Made by a program: the position numbers and the translations under genes. A stretch of 64,000 bases of DNA, from NCBI GenBank assembly GCA_041577295.1, contig JBFGJG010000004.1:32001-96000 (forward strand), read 5' to 3'. Of the stretch, positions 28,833 to 38,384 are shown piece by piece (the stretch's first letter is position 1; every line of letters starts with the position of its first letter). This DNA is from Gemmatimonadales bacterium (GTDB lineage Bacteria; Gemmatimonadota; Gemmatimonadetes; Gemmatimonadales; GWC2-71-9). Under the pieces are notes generated by a model, which was not told the DNA's origin, did not search any database, and worked only from the letters and a program-made list of their open reading frames with translations.

Positions 28833-30174
28833 CTCGGGACGTAAGGTGGCGCGGTGGCCTGTCTTTCAGGGTCGCGTTGAGGATCAGCGCCGTGAGCCCA
28901 CCCGTCACGAGCCCCGAGCCAAAGAGGGTGCGGATGGCGTCGGGTAGGTGCCGTAGTGCATCCGGCCTGAGTTCGACACCCAAGCCGAGGCCCAACGACA
29001 CCGCGAGAATCACCATGTTCCGCTGCGAGAGCTTGGTGCCGCGGTGAATGATCGCGGCACCGCTGGCGAAGATCATTGAGAACATGATCAGACCCCCGCC
29101 TCCAATCACGGCCGCAGGGATGGTGGCGAGCAACGCCCCCACCTTTGGAACGATACCGAGCATTAGCAACAGCACGCCTGCGATAGCCGTCACATGGCGG
29201 CTGACGACCCCCGTGAAGTTGACTAGCCCGACATTCTGAGAGTAGGAGGTGTTGGGGAAGGCATTGAAGACGGCTGCGAGCGCGCTCATTACCCCGTCGG
29301 CCACAAGTCCACCCCGCAGTTCACGCGTCTCGGGGTTTCGCCCCGTGGCTGCGATGATGCCGGAGATATCTCCCAGCGTCTCCATCGTGCTGACGACGTA
29401 GATGAATGCCATCAGCAGGATAGCATTCCAGTGAAACTCGATGCCGTAGGTGAGTGGTCGAGGAATGGAAAACCACCCGGCAGGTCCTAAACTCGCGAAG
29501 TCCACCTGGCCAACTAGCACGGCGACCGCGTAGCCTGCCACCACTCCAATGAGCATGCTGGCGTAGCTGACGAAGCCCACGGTCAAACGGTTCAGCAGGA
29601 GCGTGACCAAAAACACTACAGCGGCAATGCTCAGATTGGTCGGCGATCCGTAGTCCGCCGCGCCCACACCGCCGGCGGCATAGTCGACTCCCACAGGGAT
29701 CAGTGTGAGACCGATCAGCATGACGACGGTGCCGTTCACCAGGGGTGGGAAGAAGCGGCGGAAGCGCGCAATGGAGAGCCCCAGGACGACCTCCACGACC
29801 GCGGCGACGAGGCACGCACCGAAGACCGCGGCAAGACCGAACTGCTGGCCGATGGCGATGATGCCGCTCACGAACGCAATGCTCGTCCCCATGATCACCG
29901 GGATTCGGCCCCCGATTGGACCAATGGGATACGCCTGGACGATCGTCGCGAGCCCCGCCATGAAGAAGACCGTCTGGATCAGGAACGCGGACTCGGCGAC
30001 AGCCAATCCCAGCGCGCCGGCTATGAGCAGTGGTGGCGTGATGTTTCCCAGCAGCATGGCGAGGAGGTGCTGGACGGCGAGGGGAACCGACTCGCGGAGG
30101 GGCGGGCGGTCATCGATCCCGTAAACAACCGGCACGGACGCGGACGACTCGGGGTCGGTCATCCCCTCCGCCAT
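28828..30174 (-). CDS. NCS2 (uracil-xanthine permease family) nucleobase transporter
   Basis: VQHLLAM, GTSIAF, METLGD, NAT signature SYSQNVGLVNFTG. Confidence 0.92.
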   Translation of the reverse strand: MAEGMTDPESSASVPVVYGIDDRPPLRESVPLAVQHLLAMLLGNITPPLLIAGALGLAVAESAFLIQTVFFMAGLATIVQAYPIGPIGGRIPVIMGTSIAFVSGIIAIGQQFGLAAVFGACLVAAVVEVVLGLSIARFRRFFPPLVNGTVVMLIGLTLIPVGVDYAAGGVGAADYGSPTNLSIAAVVFLVTLLLNRLTVGFVSYASMLIGVVAGYAVAVLVGQVDFASLGPAGWFSIPRPLTYGIEFHWNAILLMAFIYVVSTMETLGDISGIIAATGRNPETRELRGGLVADGVMSALAAVFNAFPNTSYSQNVGLVNFTGVVSRHVTAIAGVLLLMLGIVPKVGALLATIPAAVIGGGGLIMFSMIFASGAAIIHRGTKLSQRNMVILAVSLGLGLGVELRPDALRHLPDAIRTLFGSGLVTGGLTALILNATLKDRPPRHLTSRV

Positions 30175-30276
30175 GGCTTGATGGCCGCGAAGCGTAAGAC
30201 TATCGTTATCGCCTCTCGTCCTCTTCGCCAAAATCTACGGATCCCCACCTCGGTTGTTCGATAGGAGGCCAACGCA

Positions 30277-30753
30277 TTGAATACGACGGTTTCCATCAGT
30301 GTGACTGTAAACGGTGTGTTATATAAAAGTCCGGTCGAGCCGCGCTTGTTGCTCAGCGACTTCCTGCGCCATGACCTGGGCCTGTCGGGAACGCACGTGG
30401 GGTGTGAGCACGGTGTCTGCGGTGCCTGTACCGTCCTGCTGAACGGCGACGCCGTGCGATCCTGTCTACTGTTCGCCATCCAAGCACATGAGCAAGAGAT
30501 CCTGACGGTGGAGGGGTTGGGGAGCCCCGAGGCACTCCACCCGCTGCAGGACGCGTTTCGGGAAGCTCACGGGCTCCAGTGTGGTTTCTGCACCCCGGGT
30601 TTTCTCATGACGCTCCTGCCATTTCTCGAGGAGCATACGGATCCCTCGGAGTCCGATATCCGCGAAGCCATCTCCGGTAACCTGTGCCGCTGCACCGGTT
30701 ACCAGAACATCGTGGAGGCCGCTAAGATCGCAGGGCGGCGGATGCGTGGCTAG
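30277..30753 (+). CDS. Molybdenum hydroxylase small 2Fe-2S subunit (CoxS-like)
   Basis: GCEHGVCGACT, QCGFCTPG, GNLCRCTGY. Confidence 0.95.
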   Translation: MNTTVSISVTVNGVLYKSPVEPRLLLSDFLRHDLGLSGTHVGCEHGVCGACTVLLNGDAVRSCLLFAIQAHEQEILTVEGLGSPEALHPLQDAFREAHGLQCGFCTPGFLMTLLPFLEEHTDPSESDIREAISGNLCRCTGYQNIVEAAKIAGRRMRG

Positions 30754-33091
30754 GAGCTACTTTGGTGCTCGCGTGCGGCGCAACGAAGATGCGCGTCTGC
30801 TGACGGGTCGGGCGCTCTTCGTCGACGACGTGCATCTCGAAGGCATGTTGCACGTCGCGTTCTTACGCAGCGATCACGCCCACGCCCGACTCCAGGGTGT
30901 TGATGTGTCCCGCGCGCGTGTCAGGCCTGGCGTCGTGGCCGTGTACGCCGCACACGACCTCGGCGAGTTCTGGCAACCCGGGCCACTCCTTGTTCCACCG
31001 CCGCCGATCAAGGGGCATGTCTTTCATCAAGCGACGCAAGTTCCGCTCGCCAAAAACAAGGTCCGACATGTCGGCGAGCCCATCGCCATGGTGGTCGCGG
31101 AGAGTCGGTACCTGGCGGAGGACGCGCTCGTCGAGATCGAAGTGGAGCTCGAGCCACTCGACGCGGCCGTCGACCTCGAAACGGCATTGGCACCAGACGC
31201 GCCGCGCATTCACGAACACCTCGAGTCCAACCTCGCGGCGCATGTCGTACAGCAAAAGGGTGACTACCAGACGGCGCGCCGGGAAGCGGATCTGTTGATC
31301 GCCAGGCGATTCTGGTACGATCGCGGCGCCCCGGCCGCCCTCGAAACCCGCGGCGTCATCGCCAGCTGGGACCCCCGGGCCGAAGAGCTGACGCTGTGGG
31401 ACACCACCCAAGCACCGATCCCGATCCGTAACGGCCTCGCTCGGATGCTTGGCCTGCTCGAGTCACAGGTCCGTGTCATCGCGCCGTTCGTGGGTGGTGG
31501 CTTTGGGCCGAAGATCATGATGTTCTACCCAGAGGAGATGCTGCTACCCTGGGCCTCGATGCAGCTCGCGCGGCCGCTCAAATGGATTGAAGACCGTCAG
31601 GAGAGCTTTTTCGGAACCACCCAAGAGCGCGGACAGATCCACGACGCCGAGATCGCGATGCGGCGGGACGGTACCATCCTCGGCGTGTCCGATACCTTCC
31701 TGCACGACACTGGCGCGTACGACCCCTACGGTCTTACCGTTCCCATCAACAGCCAGTGCACGCTGCTCGGTCCGTACCGTGTCCCGCACTATTACAGCGA
31801 ATTCACGGCAGTCTTCACCAACAAAACCATCGTAACCCCAGTGCGTGGGGCCGGCCGCCAACACGGCGTCTTCGTGATGGAGCGCCTGCTCGATTTTGCT
31901 GCCCGCGAGCTCCAGCTCGATCGGGTCGAAGTACGCAAGCGCAACTACCTGAAACCGGACGAGTTTCCGCACGACCACGAGATCCTGTTCCAGGACTCCG
32001 CTCCCCTACGATACGACAGTGGCAACTACCAGCCGGTCCTCGAGCAGGCCACCGCCCTGATCGGCTATGACGAGTTCCTCGAACGCGAGCAACCCCGGGC
32101 GCGTGCGCAAGGGCGGCACATCGGCGTGGGGATCGTTTCCTATGTCGAAGGAACCGGCATTGGGCCGTACGAGGGGGCACGGGTCACGGTCGAGCCGAGT
32201 GGGCAGGTTCGTGTCGCTACCGGGGTGGGGACACAGGGTCAGGGGCACTTCACGGCGTTTGCGCAGATCGTCGCGGACGTTCTGGGCGTCGACGTGGAGA
32301 AGGTGCACGTGATCACTGGAGACACCCGGGAGTTCCACTGGGGCACCGGGACGTTTGCCAGCCGCGGTGCAGTGGTGGCCGGCAGTGCGTGCCATGAAGC
32401 TGCCAAGCTCGTGCGCAAGAAGATTGTCGACCTGGCAAGCGCGGCGCTCGAGGTATCGCCGGATGATCTCGAGTTGCACAACGGGCGCGTGCACGTTAAA
32501 GGCGCGCCGGCCAAGGGCATCGATCTTGGCGAGCTTGCGGTTCGTGCCAATCCCCTGCGGGGAGCGGTGCGCCCCGGTAGCGAGCCGGGGCTCGAGGCCA
32601 CGGCCTACTTCGGCCCGGAAAGTGGCAGCACCGCCAACGGTGTTCACGCGATGATCGTGGAAGTGGACCCGGAGACGGCTGCGGTGAACATCGTACGTTA
32701 CGTGGTGGTGCATGACTGTGGCCGCTTGATCAACCCGCTGCTCGTTGAAGCACAGGTGCAAGGTGGAGTAGCGCACGGCATTGGCAATGCATTCTACGAG
32801 CAACTCGTGTATGACGAAGGCGGTCAACTCCTCAACGCGTCCTTCATGGATTACCTATTGCCGACCGCCACCGATGTGCCAGCAGTCGAGATGGGTCACC
32901 AGGAGACGCCATCACCGCTCAACCCGCTGGGCGTGAAGGGGGTCGGCGAGGCGGGTGCGATCCCAACGGGGGCACTCTTCGCCCAGGCAGTCGAAAACGC
33001 GTTGCAGGACTATGGAATCGAGATCTGCGAGATACCGCTCAGTCCCAATCGATTGTTCGAGCTCCTCACTGCGGTAAGGAGTGAGGAGTGA
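30746..33091 (+). CDS. Molybdenum hydroxylase large subunit (xanthine dehydrogenase/CoxL-like)
   Basis: GGGFGPK, active-site loop PVRGAGR, QGQGH, FASRG, KGVGEAG. Confidence 0.95.
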   Translation: MARSYFGARVRRNEDARLLTGRALFVDDVHLEGMLHVAFLRSDHAHARLQGVDVSRARVRPGVVAVYAAHDLGEFWQPGPLLVPPPPIKGHVFHQATQVPLAKNKVRHVGEPIAMVVAESRYLAEDALVEIEVELEPLDAAVDLETALAPDAPRIHEHLESNLAAHVVQQKGDYQTARREADLLIARRFWYDRGAPAALETRGVIASWDPRAEELTLWDTTQAPIPIRNGLARMLGLLESQVRVIAPFVGGGFGPKIMMFYPEEMLLPWASMQLARPLKWIEDRQESFFGTTQERGQIHDAEIAMRRDGTILGVSDTFLHDTGAYDPYGLTVPINSQCTLLGPYRVPHYYSEFTAVFTNKTIVTPVRGAGRQHGVFVMERLLDFAARELQLDRVEVRKRNYLKPDEFPHDHEILFQDSAPLRYDSGNYQPVLEQATALIGYDEFLEREQPRARAQGRHIGVGIVSYVEGTGIGPYEGARVTVEPSGQVRVATGVGTQGQGHFTAFAQIVADVLGVDVEKVHVITGDTREFHWGTGTFASRGAVVAGSACHEAAKLVRKKIVDLASAALEVSPDDLELHNGRVHVKGAPAKGIDLGELAVRANPLRGAVRPGSEPGLEATAYFGPESGSTANGVHAMIVEVDPETAAVNIVRYVVVHDCGRLINPLLVEAQVQGGVAHGIGNAFYEQLVYDEGGQLLNASFMDYLLPTATDVPAVEMGHQETPSPLNPLGVKGVGEAGAIPTGALFAQAVENALQDYGIEICEIPLSPNRLFELLTAVRSEE

Positions 33092-33096
33092 GGAGT
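33074..33096 (+). repeat. GTGAGGA heptamer tandem repeat
   Basis: GTAAGGA GTGAGGA GTGAGGA GT spanning the large-subunit stop codon. Confidence 0.55.
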
Positions 33097-33124
33097 ACCA
33101 AGAACGGAGAGTTGAGGCGTAGTC

Positions 33125-33580
33125 ATGATTGTTGAAGGTGAATACACGTTTGCGGGTCCGCGGGAAACCGTGTGGGGCCTGTTGCAGGATCCTGAGGTGT
33201 TGGCCAAGGCACTCCCCGGGGCCAAGGATCTCCGTCAAACTGGGGAGGATCAATACGAGGGGGTCATGCAGGTGGCCCTTGGGCCTATCACCGCGGCCAA
33301 GTTCAATGTGAAGGTGGCGCTCAAGGACAAGGTCCCACCGGAGCGGTATACCATGGAGATCGATGGGCGGGGACCCGTCGGCTACACACGCGGCACGGCG
33401 CAGGTAGCCCTCGAGGACCCGGATGGTGCGAGCACCGTGATGAAGTACAAGGCGGATTTGCAGAGTGGGGGGAAAGTGGCGGCGGTCGGTCAGCGGTTGC
33501 TCGATTCGGTGAGCAAGATGATGACGAAAAAGGGCCTGGAAGCGTTGAACGAGGAGCTGCGAGGTCGTCTGCAATCGTGA
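33125..33580 (+). CDS. CoxG / SRPBCC family protein
   Basis: VWGLLQDPEVLAKALPG, GGKVAAVGQRL. Confidence 0.9.
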   Translation: MIVEGEYTFAGPRETVWGLLQDPEVLAKALPGAKDLRQTGEDQYEGVMQVALGPITAAKFNVKVALKDKVPPERYTMEIDGRGPVGYTRGTAQVALEDPDGASTVMKYKADLQSGGKVAAVGQRLLDSVSKMMTKKGLEALNEELRGRLQS

Positions 33581-34455
33581 AGCCAGCGCCCTTCGAGTAT
33601 CATCGGCCGGCCTCGCTCGACGAGGCGCTTGCATTGCTGGATGACCACGGCTTCGACGCAAAGCCTCTGGCTGGGGGTCAGAGCCTAGTACCGTCGATGA
33701 ACTTTCGGTTAGCCCAACCCGCCGTGCTCGTCGATCTCAACGGCGTCCAGGAGTTGTTCTACGTTTCGTCCTCGGCGGGAGGACTCGAGATCGGTGCCAT
33801 GACCCGTCAACGGACGGTCGAACGGGATAGCGCCGTAAGGAACGTCGCACCGCTGCTCCGCGAGACGATGCCGTTCATCGCCCACACCCAAATCCGAAAT
33901 CGAGGAACGATCGGTGGAAGCCTGGCGCACGCCGATCCGGCAGCGGAGCTCCCAGCGGTCATGATTGCCCTCGATGCGCGCTTCCGGCTACGCAGTGTTC
34001 AGGGCGAACGCTGGGTCCCGGCCGGCGAGTTCGTCACCGGCTTGTTCGCGACTGCGCTCGAGCCCAACGAACTGCTGGTTGAGATTGCCATACCACCCGC
34101 CGCCCCGAGGAGCGGATCTGCTTTTTGCGAGCTTTCCCGGCGCCACGGAGATTATGCGCTCGTGGGTGTTGCCGTTCACGTGACGCTCGATGGCGATGGG
34201 CGTTGCAGCGGTGCGCGGATCGTGCTCTTGAGCGTGGGCGACGGTCCCGTGTCCGCTGAGCAGGCCGCACGCACTCTTCACGGGCAACACGTCACGAGTG
34301 ATGTCATAGCACAAGCGGCCGCCACCGCAGCCGAGCGTGATATTGATCCGCCGGCTGACATTCATGCCTCGACGGCGTATCGTCGTCATCTAGCCAACGT
34401 GCTGACACGGCGAGCGCTCACCGCCGCGTGTGCTCGAGCCAGCGGCAACGCATGA
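33577..34455 (+). CDS. Molybdenum hydroxylase FAD subunit (CoxM-like)
   Basis: MKPAPFEYHRP, AGGQSL, IRNRGTIGGSLAHADP, DIHASTAYR. Confidence 0.95.
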   Translation: MKPAPFEYHRPASLDEALALLDDHGFDAKPLAGGQSLVPSMNFRLAQPAVLVDLNGVQELFYVSSSAGGLEIGAMTRQRTVERDSAVRNVAPLLRETMPFIAHTQIRNRGTIGGSLAHADPAAELPAVMIALDARFRLRSVQGERWVPAGEFVTGLFATALEPNELLVEIAIPPAAPRSGSAFCELSRRHGDYALVGVAVHVTLDGDGRCSGARIVLLSVGDGPVSAEQAARTLHGQHVTSDVIAQAAATAAERDIDPPADIHASTAYRRHLANVLTRRALTAACARASGNA

Positions 34456-35960
34456 GCAATATCATCACTGGTGTGGTGGAGATCTCGGAAGAGATTCCCG
34501 CCGGTCCACTGGTCAACGACGATATCGCCCCCACCCCGCTTCGGAGCCGCACCTGGAACATGTGGCACATTGCGGCCCTGTGGGTTGGGATGAGCGTCTG
34601 CATCCCGACCTACATGCTGGCCTCCAGCATGATTCAGGCGGGTATGAACTGGTGGCAGGCGCTGCTTACCATCCTCGTCGGTAATGCGATCGTGTTAGTT
34701 CCACTCATGATCAATGCACACGCGGGCACTCGGTACGGAATTCCGTTCCCGGTGTACGCGCGCGCCGCGTTCGGCACAACGGGCGCGCATGTGCCGGCAC
34801 TGTTGCGTTCGGTGGTGGCGTGTGGCTGGTTCGGGATTCAGACGTGGATCGGTGGTCTCGCCATCAACGTCCTTCTCGGGGCGCTGTGGACAGGCTGGGC
34901 CCATATGGGTGGTGACTGGACTTTCATGGGTTTCGGTCTGTCTCACTATGTGAGTTTCTTGATCTTCTGGGCGATAAACCTGTATTTCGTCTGGGCTGGG
35001 ACAGAGTCCATCAAGTGGCTCGAGACCGCCGCCGCGCCGTTTCTGATAGCTGGTGGCATTGCGCTCGTCCTTTGGGCGGCAACGCGCGTGGGTGGCATTG
35101 GCACCATCCTGCGTGAGTCCGATGCGCTTATCTTGGCGCAACAGGATCACAGCGCGTCTCAGTTCGTTCTGGTATTGCTCATCCCCTGGGTCACCGCCAT
35201 GGTGGGATACTGGGCAACGTTGTCGCTCAACATCCCGGACTTCACCCGGTACGCCAAGACGCAAAGAGATCAGATGCTCGGGCAGGCGGTGGGCCTTCTC
35301 ACAACCATGCCGCTCTTTGCGTTCATCGGGGTTGCGGTGACCTCCGCGACCGTCATCCTTTATGGTGAAGCAATATGGAACCCGGTTGAATTGGTCGAGC
35401 GCCTCACGGCCGGACAAGGGAGACTTTTGCTCAGCGTCACGGCGATGTTCGTGATCATCGTGGCGACCTTGAGCACTAATATCGCGGCGAATGTCGTCGC
35501 GCCGGCCAATAGCTTCTCGAACCTGAGCCCGCGCAAGATCACGTTTCGCTTCGGTGGCCTCATCGCCGGCCTCATCGGGATCGTCATCTTGCCGTGGAAG
35601 CTGTTGGATATGTATCAGACCTGGCTCATCAGCTACTCGGGACTCTTGGGTGCGGTTGGAGGGGTCATCGTCTGCGACTATGTCGTGATCCGCCGTGCGA
35701 GGTTAGCGTTGCGTGATCTCTATCTGACGACGGGAGCATACGCGTACACACGCGGCGTGAACTGGGCTGCGATGGTCGCAATGACCGGGGGAATTCTCAC
35801 AGCAATTGCTGGAACCCTTCATCCATCCTTGCGTTTCCTGTTCAATGGCGCCTGGTTCTCCGCAGCCATCGTCTCCTTCGTGCTTTACTTGCTGCTCATG
35901 CACCGCCCGGGCCCCGTGCCGGTCTTGGGACGAGAGCGTACCGCTCAGGAGGTTTCATGA
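34452..35960 (+). CDS. NCS1 nucleobase:cation symporter-1
   Basis: ALWVGMSVCIPTY, YGIPFPV, GWFGIQTW, LNIPDFTRY, NIAAN. Confidence 0.93.
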   Translation: MSNIITGVVEISEEIPAGPLVNDDIAPTPLRSRTWNMWHIAALWVGMSVCIPTYMLASSMIQAGMNWWQALLTILVGNAIVLVPLMINAHAGTRYGIPFPVYARAAFGTTGAHVPALLRSVVACGWFGIQTWIGGLAINVLLGALWTGWAHMGGDWTFMGFGLSHYVSFLIFWAINLYFVWAGTESIKWLETAAAPFLIAGGIALVLWAATRVGGIGTILRESDALILAQQDHSASQFVLVLLIPWVTAMVGYWATLSLNIPDFTRYAKTQRDQMLGQAVGLLTTMPLFAFIGVAVTSATVILYGEAIWNPVELVERLTAGQGRLLLSVTAMFVIIVATLSTNIAANVVAPANSFSNLSPRKITFRFGGLIAGLIGIVILPWKLLDMYQTWLISYSGLLGAVGGVIVCDYVVIRRARLALRDLYLTTGAYAYTRGVNWAAMVAMTGGILTAIAGTLHPSLRFLFNGAWFSAAIVSFVLYLLLMHRPGPVPVLGRERTAQEVS

Positions 35961-36760
35961 AGGTCTTTGATCTCTCACAACCACTGAATCAAGATGTCTC
36001 GTTCTGGCCGTACTATCCGCCGTTCGAGGTGAAGTATATCAAACGCAAGGCCGAGCATGGCGTGAACGCCCAGTACATCCAGACGTCCAATCACATGGGA
36101 ACACATCTCGACGCGCCACGGCATTTTGTCACGGGTGGGATGACCATCGACGAAATCCCCATGGCATGGTTGTGCGGTCCGGGTGTGGTGGTCAATCTCT
36201 CGGACGTGCTCAGCGATCTCGATGTGTACACACCCGAGATGATCGAGGAGCGGGTTGAGGTGAAGAAGAACGACCTCTTGCTCCTGCACACCGGGTGGCA
36301 TCGGCACGGACAATTTGGTGAGGACCCCGACGAGGAGCGCTACCTGCACTATCATCCGGGTGCGCATCCCGACATGGTCCCGTGGCTACTCGAGAAAGAG
36401 ATCCACATTTGGGGGGTGGACTGCGTTTCAACCGATCACCCGATGGATCTCCCCATTGGGCGTTTTCTCGGTAAAGGCATGCACGGTCACTGCGACCATG
36501 TCCGTAAGGCGGCTGAGGAAAAATTCGGCGTCGAAGAAGTTGCGAGGCTGTTTCCAGACGAGGACTACCAGCTCACCCACAACCAGCTCTTTCCGCACAA
36601 CTGCATGCACATTGAAAACCTCGGCGGCGACATTGCCGCCCCAGAGCTGCAGAACAAGCGTCTGATCATCGGCTGCTTCCCTTGGAAGTTCAAAGGTGGG
36701 GAAGCCGCGTTCGCCCGGGTCGTTGCGTTTCAGGGGAAGTGGGACACCAGCAAGGTGTGA
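35957..36760 (+). CDS. Cyclase family metal-dependent amidohydrolase (kynurenine formamidase/isatin hydrolase-like)
   Basis: HMGTHLDAPRHF, LLHTGW, GVD, HIENL. Confidence 0.9.
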   Translation: MKVFDLSQPLNQDVSFWPYYPPFEVKYIKRKAEHGVNAQYIQTSNHMGTHLDAPRHFVTGGMTIDEIPMAWLCGPGVVVNLSDVLSDLDVYTPEMIEERVEVKKNDLLLLHTGWHRHGQFGEDPDEERYLHYHPGAHPDMVPWLLEKEIHIWGVDCVSTDHPMDLPIGRFLGKGMHGHCDHVRKAAEEKFGVEEVARLFPDEDYQLTHNQLFPHNCMHIENLGGDIAAPELQNKRLIIGCFPWKFKGGEAAFARVVAFQGKWDTSKV

Positions 36761-36794
36761 CCTCCATGTCGTCGAGGAACACGGCACTGGCGTG

Positions 36795-38225
36795 ATGGAC
36801 ATCGCTCATTGGAGTGCGGCGGAGCTGAGACGGCGGATCGACGCTCGGGAACTCTCACCCGTCGAAGTCGTCGATGCGGCGCTTGCCCGAATCGATCGCT
36901 ACAACGGGATTGTCAACGCTGTCGTCACGCTGTCCGAGAGCGCAGTTGAGGACGCACGCCAGCTCGAGCGTCGCCTGGCGCGGGGAGAAGATCCGGGCCC
37001 CCTGTGTGGTCTGCCTGTGGGGATCAAAGATGTTACACCGGTCGCACACCTACGGACCACCTTCGGATCTCCGATGTTCGCGGATTACGTGCCTGAAGAG
37101 GATGCGGTAGTGGTGCGCCGGCTGCGGCGGGCGGGTGCGGTGATCGTTGGAAAAACGAACTGTCCCGAGTTCGCGGCTGGGGGGAACACCTTCAACGACG
37201 TATTTGGAGCCACTCGCAATCCGTGGGACCCAAGGCGCTCCGCGGGCGGATCGACGGGTGGCGGAGCGGCCGCGCTCGCTACCGGAATGATCGCGCTCGC
37301 GGAGGGAACCGATCTCGGCGGATCGCTGAGGGTTCCGGCTTCGTGCTGCGGTGTGGTGGGATTGCGTCCATCGCCAGGGCTCGTTCCCACATATCCAAAC
37401 GAGTATCTGTGGGATCACCTTCAGGCCACGGGGCCCATGGCGCGTACAGCCGAGGATGTTGCTCTGATGCTCCAGGCCATAGCAGGGCCGAGTGAGTTCT
37501 CACCGATTCACCAGGCGGTGAGCGGTCGCGACTTCGTGGAAGCCGTGGCACGGGGGCCTGCGGCGTCGCTGCGGGTGGCGTACACGGCGGACATCGCGGG
37601 GATCGGAATCGACCCAAAGATCGAGCGGGTGTGCCACGACGCCGTGGAGGCGTTGACTACGTCGGGAATGGACGTCGAAGCGATCGAACTGGACCTGGCG
37701 TTTGCTCGGGAGGCCTTCCTCGCGCTCCGCGGTCTCTGGTTTGTCGCGCAACTCTTTCCGCATTTGGATCGGCGCGAGGAGTTCGGTCCGAACGTCGGCG
37801 CGAACGTCGAGACAGGGCTCCAGCTCACATCCCGCGACATTGCCGCGGCCGAGCACGCGCGGAGCTTGTTATGGCAGCGATTTCGGGAGCTGTTCATCAC
37901 ATACGATCACGTCCTCACGCCGTGTATGGCGATCCAGCCTTTCCCCGTCGAGCAAAACTACCCCGAGACCATTGCGGGAAAGCCGATGAAGACCTATGTG
38001 GATTGGATCGCGCCAACGTTCACTCTCAGCCTCACGGGACTGCCGGTTGCCGCGGTCCCCTGTGGTGTCGACGACGCGGGCCTCCCTGTGGGGCTGCAGA
38101 TCGTCGGCAAACCGTCCGGCGAGGAAGCGGTGCTCGCGCTGGCACAGCGCATCCAGGAGCTACGGCCGATTGGAGTACCACCACTCAGCGCGCTCGACCG
38201 GATGGCAGCGCGGCTGGGAGGCTAG
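36795..38225 (+). CDS. Amidase-signature family amidase
   Basis: GLPVGIKD, GKTNCPEF, GGSTGG, GTDLGGSLRVPA. Confidence 0.93.
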   Translation: MDIAHWSAAELRRRIDARELSPVEVVDAALARIDRYNGIVNAVVTLSESAVEDARQLERRLARGEDPGPLCGLPVGIKDVTPVAHLRTTFGSPMFADYVPEEDAVVVRRLRRAGAVIVGKTNCPEFAAGGNTFNDVFGATRNPWDPRRSAGGSTGGGAAALATGMIALAEGTDLGGSLRVPASCCGVVGLRPSPGLVPTYPNEYLWDHLQATGPMARTAEDVALMLQAIAGPSEFSPIHQAVSGRDFVEAVARGPAASLRVAYTADIAGIGIDPKIERVCHDAVEALTTSGMDVEAIELDLAFAREAFLALRGLWFVAQLFPHLDRREEFGPNVGANVETGLQLTSRDIAAAEHARSLLWQRFRELFITYDHVLTPCMAIQPFPVEQNYPETIAGKPMKTYVDWIAPTFTLSLTGLPVAAVPCGVDDAGLPVGLQIVGKPSGEEAVLALAQRIQELRPIGVPPLSALDRMAARLGG

Positions 38226-38264
38226 AGGGAAAGACATAAAGACGGAAGTTTGGAAGGACGCGTT

Positions 38265-38372
38265 TTCGACGGTCAGAGGACTCTTCGCAGGCTAAAGTTC
38301 GCGCTGTATAGTTGAATCCCCAGAGAGGCTACCGCTCACTGACGCCTGCTACGGAGTCCTCTAGCCGTCGAA
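38265..38372. repeat. Imperfect ~28-bp inverted repeat around a ~50-bp core
   Basis: TTCGACGGTCAGAGGACTCTTCGCAGGC (38265-38292) versus GCCTGCTACGGAGTCCTCTAGCCGTCGAA (38344-38372). Confidence 0.6.
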
Positions 38373-38384
38373 GCAAGTCACTGC

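Noticed and set aside
30277..34455. Aerobic CO dehydrogenase (cox) call
   Set aside because: Lacks the form I AYxCSFR loop (has VRGAGR), no coxDEF genes, and the context is nucleobase transport.
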